Of a stretch of 64,000 nucleotides of DNA, positions 39,101-51,311 are shown one piece after another (the stretch's first letter is position 1; each line of letters starts with the position of its first letter). A program made the translations under genes and the position numbers. Below the pieces are notes generated by a model. That model saw only the letters and a list, made by a program, of their open reading frames with translations, was not told the DNA's origin and ran no database searches. This DNA is from Bugula neritina (lineage: Eukaryota; Animalia; Bryozoa), in contig OZ037767.1 of assembly GCA_964035545.1 (NCBI GenBank), positions 26,800,628-26,864,627 of the forward strand. The letters are read 5' to 3'.

Positions 39101-42100
39101 TAGTGCTAGCTAGTGACATCACCTGGTAGTGCTAGCTAGTGACATCACCTGGTAGTGCTAGCTAGTGGCATCACCTGGTATTGCTAGCTAGTGGCATCAC
39201 CTGCTGGTGCTAGCTAGTGACCTCACCGGCTAGTGCTAGCTAGTGACATCACCTAGTAGTGCTAGCTAGTGACATCACCTAGTAGTGCTAGCTAGTGACA
39301 TCACCTGGTAGTGCTAGCTAGTGGCATCACCTGCTAGTGCTAGCTAGTGACATCACCTGCTGGTGCTAGCTAGTGACATCACCTGCTGGTGCTAGCTAGT
39401 GACCTCACCGGCTAGTGCTAGCTAGTGACATCACCTGGTAGTGCTAGCTGGTGACCTCACCTGCTAGTGCTAGCTAGTGACATCACTACCAATGCTCATA
39501 GCATATTAATAATGCTGTTGTGTGTACTTGAAGGTCTATCATACAGAAAAGGCTCCTTTAGACTACAGAAATCTCAAGACAGAAATGATTTGCTTTTCAA
39601 TTGTAATTCCGCTCCCCTCAATCTCGAGAAGTCATTGAGACCATCAGACTCAAAGTGAGTTGGCCAAAAGCACACAACTCCCATGGTTTAGTGCTTTATT
39701 CACATATTATTTATAGTAGTTGTTGTGTGCCTTATTGAATCTTTAGAAAGTTTCAGTTTTCTGTGGAATTATTTGAAAATGTAGCACCTTCATAATGATT
39801 GAGAAGTTCCGAGTAACTCTTCTGTTTAGTCATCAGCTTATCAAACGCAGGTTGTTGTCAGTGCTTGTGCTTTGTTAGTTTATATCCACTTAATCTTCCA
39901 CTTACTCTGAATGTTATTTACCTACAGGGTAGACAGGCACTGGGCTGAACTCTGTAGTTCCACTACTAAGTACATATTTCGGTGCATCACAAGAAGGTCT
40001 GTGCTCTTAGAAGCTGCAAGTAAACCTTCCAAGGTAAGAATATGCGAGAATAAATTCAGATAGAGTACGAGTGTTGATATATCTCTCCAGATTACTTCAA
40101 CCTAATCATGATGTGAGGTGTAACTAAGATCAATTAGCCTCAAGTCTCAACTGCTATGTTGTTTAGACGTTGTACACACCTACCAGCTAAGATTTTCCTA
40201 TCTGTAGCCAAGAGAAACTTTTTATATTCTGGTTAATCCATCTGAATAGGAGCTGGGTGTGGACATTGTACATAAACTCAAAGGATATTCTGAGCATATG
40301 ATGGACCTGATGAGACGCCATGAGTGTTTGGCGACCTCCCATACTCTGCACTGGCTTCGACTACGGGAACAGGTGGTTGCCTTGAGTAGACTGTGCAATG
40401 AACAGCAGGTGCCCTCTACCCAGCAGGTGCCCTCTACCCAGCAGGTGCCCTCTACCCAGCAGGTGCCCTCTACCCAGCAGGTGCCCTCTACCCAGCAGGT
40501 GCCCTCTACCCAGCAGGTGCCCTCTACCCAGCAGGTGCCCTCTACCCAGCAGGTGCCCTCTACCCAGCAGGTGCCCTCTACCCAGCAGGTGCCCTCTTCT
40601 ACTGACATACACTCAGTAGTCACAGAGATATCCTCTACTGTTCCAGGTAATATTTTAGTTGGTTCTCGCTTGGCTGATGTGAACCCATGGTGGTAAACTA
40701 ATGTTTTATTAAGATATTTTAGAGGTACAGTAAAGTTTATTAATACAATATGTTTTATCAGGTGTTATAGAGCATGTAGAGGAGCTAAAAATGCTGCTAT
40801 TATCTGCCCCTGCCTCCACTGATTCACCTTTGAACTCTCCCATATCTGCTGACTTGACCACCCCTGTCTGTGGCATCACTCTGTACAGGTACGTATGCCA
40901 TCTAGTATTACTTCAAATTACAATATAATGTCTATAGATTATAGGCCATCTCTCTTACAATATTGCATCTGTCTGTCCAATGTGAGACGTGTTAATTTAC
41001 TTTTCATGTCAATGAGGCATAGATAAGTTGGGAGTGAAAGCAATGTTATTATAAAAACTAAACAATGCCTAAAACAAGGTTTTTTTTCAGAAACAATGAT
41101 TTTTACAATGTTATAAAGTGCAAATGAAAGCTTTAATTGCTGATTCAAGTATATATTGGACTATACCAAAACTCAGAGAAAACAACTTAAATAGAAACAA
41201 GAAAAATCAGTACCAATTGCCTAGTTATATGGTTTGCCCACAACAGGCTACCATCTTTTCTTTAGTGAGAAGTGGCAGACAATGGTTTCATCTATAGACT
41301 CAGTTCTTTCTACTCTGCATACTTCATGTGAGCGACTCAGTACCTTTCACACCCGCTCCGTGATTCTGTACACGGATGAGGATACAAGTCTAGTGTTACA
41401 GATTATCTCTCAACTTGGTGACTGCGCCAAGCTGGTGGATACCGTCATTTCTAACTTCAAATGTAAGTGCTAATACATTTCTTAGACAACAATATTGAAG
41501 GCACATTTTTTATTTATACTTTAGCTCGTAGGAATTAGAAATCTCTTTAAATATTGTTTGCATAAACTACAACACTGGTTTTCTTCCTGACCACTTATTT
41601 CACGTATGTTAATTCCTTAGCAATTCTTAATACACTTCATACCATACAGCTACAGAAGTTTTTGCTCTACAGCTCTGGGTGCTGAGGTACCAGAAAATTC
41701 CCACTATGTAATATGAAACCGAGACTTACTTTTAACAAATAAGATATTGAAAGTTTTCAGTGACCTGGTACCTATTATTAAAATGTTCAACATTTTTATT
41801 ATAACAAATAAAATATTCTTCACACTAAGAAATGTGTTTTAAAAGCATTTGCCTCCAAAAAGGGTATCGAATCTTTTTGAAGAAGCCTTCAAATTATTCC
41901 TTGGCCCTTCAGGAATGTTTTGTTTTATCTCACATATTTTTATGTGAATTAGAATCGTTAAATCTCAGGCGTTTTTAGATAAAAGAATTATATATTAAGA
42001 GATTGAACTGTATTTAGCACTGTTTGTCCTCTTGTAGCTTCTAGTGGGAGAATAGTGCTGGTTTCTGCTCACCAAGCCGCGTTTTCTGCTTTCACCCAGC

Positions 42101-45100
42101 TGTTGGTCAAATCTGAGTCTTCTCTCCAGCCTTCTCAACGTCCGTGCAGTAGCTTTAGTACCAGCCAGTTCACTTCTGCTGCCGATGAGCTTGTAAAGGG
42201 GGTGTTGCTGGCCTGCCAACATACTATAGCTACTCTGGAGAAAGTTCCTAAGCTAGATGAAGATGTAGAATCTCTAGCAGACAAACAGGTTACCACCTCG
42301 CTGACACTCATTGATGAAGCTATAAAGAATGTTTCTATAGACAGTATTGTGGGGCATTTGTCTACCCTCACCGCAGATATAGCTGGTGATGTTGATGCTC
42401 AGTCTAGGAAGTACAAAATCCAGCTTTTGGCCGGATGTCTTCAGATGTTTGAGTTGTTCACGTCTGCGAGTCGACAGTTGCTAACTCGCTGCTGGTCTGC
42501 CCTCAGGAAGTACTTGAAGCTGCTGTCTGTACTCTACAACATCTTTACTCACCTGGCCAGCAAGGTAGGTGGTCCGCGGTTATAGCGAGTCCAGTTACTG
42601 CATCTGATTATTGGTTAAGTTTATTAAAGGCTCAGTAGAGTTGTTTGAGTTGGTCACACTGCGAGTTTACGATGTCTAATAATTAGCTTAGCTAGCTGCA
42701 GCCATGCAGGTACAAGGCATGTTAATGACTTGTAATGCATATAACTCATGAAAAATTGAGGTGGTTTTCATTATTGTTGCATTTACTATGTTTTTATTCA
42801 AAAATATTAATCCAAGTAAAGTGCCTATATCTTCTCATTAGTAATAAATCAATTATAAGTTCTATCTATACTTTTACAGCTATTTATACATGTATCTATT
42901 GTATTACACAGTACTTTGCTACAGTGTATAACTTTTTGGCTCAATTTTGTCACAGGGTTTCTGTCTACCAGAAGAGTTGAGTGACGAGATGGAAGGTGAA
43001 GGTCAAGGTGACTTCACCACGTCTGAAGGAGCTGGACTAGCTGATGGGCAGGGAGCTAAGGATGTTAGTGACCAGGTAAATTCCTCTCCACCTTCTAATC
43101 CTTTAGTAAACTTGCTGTGTTTATGTGTTCAATTGTGTTGATGATTACTTGGGTATTCTAAGTTTATAATTATGGTGAACACATTGCTTGCAGTTTCATT
43201 CCCATCCTTGCAGCATTTACTTACTTACTAAAGGATCTGATTTTCCTCACAGCCAATTCTCTACAAGATATGTTTGGCAATAACCCTACAAATATAGCAG
43301 ATGATCTTACCTTAGGAATTCTCACTAATAGCCTGTGGTTTTAGGCTCAACACGATGTGCTGCTGTTTAAACTCATAGCTAACAGCCATTTTGTTTTATT
43401 GTGCAGATAGAGAATGAAGCTGAACTTGATGACGCAAAGCGACAGGAAGATCGTGACAAGGAGGAGGACACAACTCCCGAGGATGCTCCTCCTCAGGAAG
43501 ACAATGCTATCGAGATGTCTGATGACTTTGACGGTGCCATGGAGGACGCTCCAGCCACCGAGGTAGCCCGTGGTGTTTACTGGTGTAGGGGTTAGCCTGA
43601 CCACCCCGTAATTAGCCATCATACATGCCAACATAACCCTAGTTGGGTTCTTAAAACATGCTAATGTCTTAGTATTATGAAATGAAAAATTATTGTAGAT
43701 GACTTGATCTTAGATCAGCTGGAATAGTTGTGGCGCCTTTTATGTTGTTATATTGCAGCTATGTATGGTTATTCTACAATTGGCTGGATATCTAAGCGCA
43801 TACATTGCGTCATCATATTATAATATATTGTATGCCTGAAGGGCCTATATTTTATAGCGATTTAGTTGCACTGTGGATTTTTTTATATTTTAATACATTT
43901 GGAGCCAGTTAGTTTGGCTATAGCTTTAAGATAGGTATAATATCTAATATTTGAATATAATATTGTGTAATATAATTCTGCCACCTGATCAGGACATCAC
44001 GGTGAAAGGTGAACATTGTGTAATCTTCATATAGTAAAGACGAAGCGGTGTGTGTTTTGACAGGTGGACGAGGATGATGAAAATGCATCAAGTGGAGACG
44101 AAGACGAAATGGATGATCAAATGGGAGATATCGGTAACTCTGAACTAAATGAAAAACTGGATGACAAGTTATGGGGTGATGATGACAAATCGGATGAGCA
44201 GGATAACCAGGTTAACATTCTTTTATACTACGATGATGAAATTTTGATGGTTATGCGTGGAAATGTGTTTGTGAAATATAAGGATGAACGAAGTTTATCT
44301 GTTTTCTATTTTAATAAACAATTACTATCTACTGCACCATATTTAGAACATGTTATTGGGTTATGATGATGGTACTGGGATGGTGTGTTCAGTTGTCAAA
44401 ATTGGCGTTTGTCATTAATCAGATCATTTGATATAAGCAAGTGTAAAAATTTTGAATGAAAATCACCGCATGTAGGAGAGCAAGGAAGAAGAGGAGGGTA
44501 AGGGAAGTGGGGAGACAGAACAGGAAATGGTTGCCAAGGATGAGAATCCAGCGGAATCCTCGTCAGACGACAAACAAGCAGAGAAACAGCCAGAAACTGA
44601 GCAAGAGAAAGAACTGAACGAATTGGATAAGGAAGAAGGAGAAGAGTACGACAAGAATGAGAAGGTGTGTGAAAGTGCTCCTGTTGTCTCCATATTCCTG
44701 TGGTGGTTGTTTCAACAGAGTTCTTTACCAGTTAGAAACTCTGTGGTTGAACAGCCGTAATAAGTTGGCAAATGGTGTGTTGTGAGCCTTGTAATACATG
44801 CTGATGTGCCTTGCTAGTGGCTTATTCAAGTTATATACCAGAAATACACGTTGCTAGGTGCTCTTTGTGAGGAACAAATGAGATAGAAAGTAATTTTTTT
44901 CAAATGTCAATGAGACTGGAATTTTCGAGTATTAAATGGTGCTTGTTAGGTTTTAACATTGAATAATACGCAGAGTAAATTGATTTGATCATTTATTTAA
45001 ATCACAAGAATTCAAACTACAAAATAAAAATAAAATGTATGAGAGAACGTAGAATTGATATATAAAAACATGATTTATATGAACATTTAACATATATCAA

Positions 45101-48100
45101 CATTAAACATATATGAAAGCTGATTTATTTAATAAGGAATTATTTTAGTAATTAGTGTTGAGGATATTTGTTGGTGCTCACTTGTCAAACTCTGTATAAA
45201 ATTCACAGTTCATATAATCTGCCTCTTTCTTTGTGAGTCTTTATTCATTCTAATAAATTCATCCAGGTCTTCTAGGAATCTGCCAACTTTTGCATTCACT
45301 CGTAGTTCCTCTTTTCTTGCCACAACTTTCATTAGTTTCATCACTCTTTTAGGGTTTAGTTGTGAAATCTCACCTGCCTTTTGCGTTTCCACAGTTTTGT
45401 CCAGGTTTTTGTCTGAGCTACTTTCTTTCCAACTAAATTTCTGTTCTTCTCTCTCATTGGTTGTTGGAGAAATTGATCTAGAAACAACATTATAAAAGCT
45501 CACTTTAGACTCTTTATTCCTGCTTTCACTGGCAGATTGTTGTGTTGTGTGTTTGTTGAGTTGGTGATGTATGGGCTGCAGCCTGTTCAGTTGATGGTAG
45601 ACTGTGTTATCAAAGTTCTCTGCTGATAGTTTTCTCTTTATCTCTCCTCCATTAAACAGAGTGCTGGGGGAGTGGCTAGGCAAGGATTTAGTAGAGAGCG
45701 TGGCATGACGTCTCAACTTTTCATCATGGAGGAATGTTGGTAAACTGCGTTCCCTGTAGACTTGGTTATCTGCTGCGGGTCTCTCAATAGTATCTTCTAC
45801 CAGTTTCTTGCTGGAGGGCTGTCTTTTACTTATTGCTATGTCTTGTGATTTCACTAACGAGACAATTCTGGTGTTTATTAACCTAGTGCACTGTTTGCAG
45901 TCTTGCTTATAAACATATTTGGAACCAATGCCCCGACAGGCGTGCGTTTGGCTTATAAGTGTTGAAGGTTTATTCATAGGGTTTCTTTCAGCTCTGGGCA
46001 ACATAATGCTATTGGCTGGTGCTGATTTTCTTGCCTTTTGTCCTAATGGCGCAGGAGGTGTTGCTATAGGAGAAGCTGCCATGAAAGACCTCTTGAAAGC
46101 CGTTCCCTGGTCTCTGTGAACGTGAGAAAATCTCTTAACTGAGTTTTCAAATGTCTTCTGGGATACTCTCAGCTGTTGAAGTAGTGCAGTGTGGGCTTTG
46201 CCGAGGGTCTGTAGCTTATTGAAAGAGGGCCCTCTAGTGCTACCATTGCTTCGGTACATTGTGCCGGGTGTGTGCGCTCTGTGATCTGTGTCAGAGGGTT
46301 GAACGTCAACTAGATTATCTTGGTTGATGTAGCTGGCCATACTAACGTTGCGAAAGGATAAGGGCCTATTGGCTAATCTACTCCAGTCATGTTTTACTTT
46401 GTGGTACTCACTTTGAAGCCTTGTCAACGTTTTGTTCTCTTCTTCTTGCAGGCGTTTCATTTCTTTTTCATGTAGATTGGCATCTCGGTCTGAGCCTTTC
46501 TCAGCTGAGACAATTTTCCGTATAATTTTCTTGCCCATGTTACTCTTAGTGTGACTGAGCATCTTATTCGCTGCTTCTATTCTACTTTCTGCAGTGACAC
46601 AACACCCAACAATGTGCTTAATAACAATCCTGCACCTGTATTATACTATCAACATTACTGGCATTGCTGTTGCCACGGAGAAAATTGCCTTTTGTTTATA
46701 TTTGAAATTATAATAGCTTTCCTTTAATTTGAAAAATAATTATAACACCGTTTGTATCAAGAAGACAAAATCGATATTGTTTGCAGTAAATGAATCAAAA
46801 TCAATTTGCAATTCTACTAAAAGCAATAATTACGATGAAAATATTTATTTCATGCTAGAAGCTAGTTAGCATTGTATAAATTTATTCCGTAATGGAGGCA
46901 TATTTTAGTCTAATATAAAATTGCTTGATAATCTCTGGCCGCTTATTTTGGTTTAAATGTTTAGACACATATCATATGTAATTTACTCTAGTTTCTAGTT
47001 TAGCATGCTCTACATCAGCATCATCTACTTCCTGTAGTTGTGTTGTAAAAGTAAAATTACATAGTCAGTATTTTAACTATTTACCTGAACTTTTTAATTT
47101 TTAAAATATGCTCAAAATTATTGTGTAGTTATGGTGACTGCAAAACATAACACAGACTTTTAAATGGTTTTTGCAATCTGTAGAGATGGAAAATCAGGTT
47201 ACTATATATATCATCAGACTGCACCAGCATTGTGCAATACATCTGCTGTTACATCTGCATCTATTCTAGCCTGATCCATACTTTGGTGAAGATGCAAACA
47301 AACAAGATGAAAATGAAGAGCAGGATGGTTTTGACCTACCTGAAGACCTTGACCTTGATGAGGGCGAGGAGAAAGCGGGAGAGGACGAGATTAGTGAGGA
47401 ACCAATGGACGTTGAGGATGAGGGCCATGAAGGGGAAGAGAGCCCAGAAAATGAGATCGAGGAGACAAATCCCGAGGATGAGGTGCAATTGAAACAAAGT
47501 TTAAATTATTACATATTATATATTAGACTATGTAATTATTGATATATAAATTGCTATATGTTAATATTACATAATAAATTTAGTGTAGATATCCTAATGT
47601 CAAGTGCATTCATGGATGTAGTGAGTTTTTGGTTCTGTGTGAAAAAATGTTGTTTTGGATAGCCTATTTTACGCTCAAAATTTTAGCTCAACATCCTACA
47701 TGTTCACACCTCAGTACTACAAGTATATCTTCATGCTAATAAGCTCCTATACCTCCATGTACCTTGATATACCTTGATGTTATTACAGCAATAATGAAAC
47801 ATTTGTGTTGTTTCTGCTATTTGACTTTCAAATCTAATTTAATTATTTGAATATAAAATATTTGTCATTTAATTACTGAATTATTAACAGTAATGCCACA
47901 TTTCTATTTTCATTATAAATGAAGTTGGTGTGTATCTCACACCATTTTTATCTCGTATTCTGCGATACTTGTTCCACTCTGATTGGCTGACTAGCCACAT
48001 GTTGCTATGGTAACACGTATTTTATGTCTGGTAATGGAAGGTTGACAAAGAAGAGCCTGGTCAAGTGGAGGAGCCAGATGTCTCGGAGATGAATCCAGAT

Positions 48101-51100
48101 GAAGTGAATAAAGAAGATCAGAAAGTGGAGTCGTGTGGAGCCAGTTCGCAGACTGCAGACGATCAAATCATAGAGCAGACGGCCCAGGACAGAGGTACTA
48201 CAACTCCTATATAGTTAGCACAGTTTAATTAATATACTGTTGAGATTTTCTGCCCAGCTTTTTGTAGCTATAGACTTCAAAAGGAAACCTTGTAAAGTGC
48301 TGCTGTAAAAAGGCTGCAGTTCATCTCTGATTACTTCATCTACTTGAGTTTGGGCTCGTAGCTTAAAAGTTGAGCTTCTTTCTTGTTAACTAATCATGGT
48401 GCTGGACAACCTATGTGTGTTTAAGTTGTTATATCAGTAATTAAGAATAACATGTGGGAATGTTGCTGTGGAATGTTACTGGTCCACAATAGATGTCAAC
48501 TAATCAAATTACCACCTGATATCTTCTTTACTCGTTAACGACCAGCTTTCCAAATATTAAACAGAGAAGGAGTTGTGAGCAAAATTGTCTGTCCCATGGC
48601 ACTCTAGAGATATGTTGGCTACACCATTGCCACGCAGAAAGTGCACTCCTGGAAAATTTACATTATTTGGAAGGAAAAGCTAACTTATTTAAAAATTCAA
48701 TATTTGTGCTTTCAGATAGTATTATTTAAAGTTACCAGGCAGTTAGACAAATTTAGTGTTAGGTGCTAAGGCTAATCTTTGTGAGGTTGTAAGATCCCCT
48801 TCATTATATAATGCATGTGACTTGTATGCTGGGTTTGGTATTGCAGGAGGGGAAACAGAATCCAAAGAGGACCAGGGCACTGGCCAATCAGAAAGCTCCT
48901 TACAGAAGGAGGCCGGACTTGGAGATTCATATCAGACAGGTTCAGCTGACAATGCTGAAGACAATGAGGTTTGTTAGACTTTGCAAGTTGTGAGAACATA
49001 TAAATTAGATCTCGACTACTGATTATTATCTGATCTTGTGATGTGTGTACACAGAGACATCAGTCGATGGAATGTAACTCAGACAACACCGACGACAAAC
49101 GGGTTCTTGGTGACACTGAAGACAAGGTGACCAGGCAGCTTGATACTATTCAATCCACTAAAGATAGACAAGCACCTGCTAAGCAGCAGCGAACTAACCC
49201 CACTTCCAACAGTCTTTACGAGCACATCACAGCAGAAGAAAAGGAGGTATTTCCTGTTTCCTGAGGCTACTTGGTGGAATTGAATTTTTGTTAATTTGTG
49301 GAACTCGTATTCTTAATAGAGTTGACCCTTTCATTTGTAGACTGCAGACGCGCAAACTATGGATGCGGCAAATGAGCAGGAAGTTGAGGAGCAGCAGAAG
49401 GATGACGGTATGGAGACTGAGCAGACGGATAATTTGCCAGCCCAAGAGACTCCTGCTAAGCAGAAGATTGAGGAAACGGTGAAGCTGAGTGCTAAAGAAA
49501 TGTCGGACAAACTTTCCAAATCCAAAGAAAGACAAGAGACTGACACCACAGAGAAGATGGTGAGTTTTTTGGTTAATATAACTTTTTGCTGCGCTGAGTT
49601 AACTGGGATACTTGTGTGACGTCAACGTGAGTGAGTGAGTGAGTGAGAGAGTGAGTGAGTGAGTGAGTGAGTGAGTGAGTGAGTGAGTGAGTGAGTGAGC
49701 GAGCGAGGGAGGGAGGAGGTAAGTGAACTTCGTGAGCTACTGTCACATTTGCATGTCTGAGTATGATGGCTATTTCTGACTGTTTTGTTACCATTCTGCA
49801 GGAAGAAGATGGAGATGATTTGAATGCTGAGACGGAAGACGTGGAGCAGGATGTAGATGAGCGAGCACTAAACAGAGACTCCACTATACACACAGATATG
49901 GAGCTACTCCGCCTCTCTCACCAGGTGACTGTAGTGTAGATCTAGTCTCTAGTAACTAAATGGTTTATATCTGCATTTGTAGCGCTAGAAGGTCAAAGGT
50001 TAGTTGCAGTTCTTTGCCGACTTGGCTTGCTTAAGCGACATACACCGGCTTTCCATGTACCGATCTCATATCGATCTTGGCGAGATCGATCCATGGAAAG
50101 ACGCCAAAGATCGATCTCCGTCGTTCTGAGCTGGTCGGTCTGTGGAGCTCGAACTCAGATCGATCTCATGTCAATAAGACCATGGAAAGACGCTAGATCG
50201 ATCTGAGAAGTAGAAAAAGACTGCTCGCTACAATGTTGTCTGCTAATAAAAATGATAACTTGTTGATAATTACTAAGCAAAGTATTAAATAATTATGATA
50301 GCCACCTTTTCAGATGCCAAAACTTTGACTTTTAGCACAATGATTAAGAAAACTCAATTATATGCAGTAGAAGGCAAAAAAATGGGAGAATTTAAATTGA
50401 ATTTAAATGACTATTAAAACTTAGTTTCATTAGCTATTTTCTTTGTAATTTTAAGCCTAACAGTCCTGTAAGTTTATTATTAATCTGCAAGACAGCCATT
50501 AATTTTATATAAGCTGTCTAGCTAAAAAATTAAAATTAATTATTTTAAATTGGCCAAATTACCGTACCCTGAAAGCTTTGCTGCGTATATTTTATAGCTG
50601 GGATTAAATTTTAGACTACGACCACCTTTTTTTCAACAGTAGTAGCTTTAATCACTCAAATAGGTAAACAAAATATACTTTTCAAGTATCCTTCACTCAA
50701 GAGGAGGCAACTTCGCGAGATCGATCTGACACTCTCATGGAAAAACGATCGATCTGAGCACATTTCTCAGATCGATCTCAGCGAGATCGATCTGAGATCG
50801 GTACATGGAAAGCCCGTGATAGTATACCCTCTTATGCTACAGGAGCTTTCGGAAATCAAGCAAGATTTGGAGCAGAAAGTAGCTGATTGGGGAAGTCAAA
50901 CAAGTTTTGAACTTAGTGAGAGCGAGGCTAGGAAGGCATGGGAGAAGTATGATGCAGTTACGAAATCCACAAGTCATGAGTTGTGTGAGCAGCTTAGGCT
51001 AATACTGGAGCCAACGCAGGTGGCAAAGTTGAAGTGAGTGTCTACAGTGTCAATTGGATTCACTGACAGTAGCACACAGTGGTATTATGGTACTGTGCTA

Positions 51101-51157
51101 GTAGTAGTAGCAACAGTAGTAGTAGTAGTAGTGACGGTAGTGGTAGTAATAGTAGTG

Positions 51158-51188
<31 letters not shown>

Positions 51189-51235
51189 TAATAGTAGTGG
51201 TAGTGGTAGTAGTGGTAGGAGTAATGGCAGTAGTG

Positions 51236-51311
<76 letters not shown>

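Noticed and set aside
38953-39486. CRISPR-like appearance of the 26-bp array
   Set aside because: Head-to-tail units with no unique spacers, in a eukaryotic intron with no cas genes.
40222-40623. Antisense (EGTCWV)n and alternative-frame (SRCPLP)n ORFs
   Set aside because: By-products of a stop-free 18-bp repeat; no independent gene signals.
47184-47197. Possible MDN1 microexon (AG|ATGGAAAATCAG|GT)
   Set aside because: Not needed: EEYDKNEK joins directly and in phase to PDPYFGE, matching the recalled midasin pattern. It cannot be supported without reads.
48546-48674. Short imperfect inverted repeat (TTCCAAATA...TATTTGGAA)
   Set aside because: Too short and lacks a TSD, so it cannot be called a MITE or a structured RNA.
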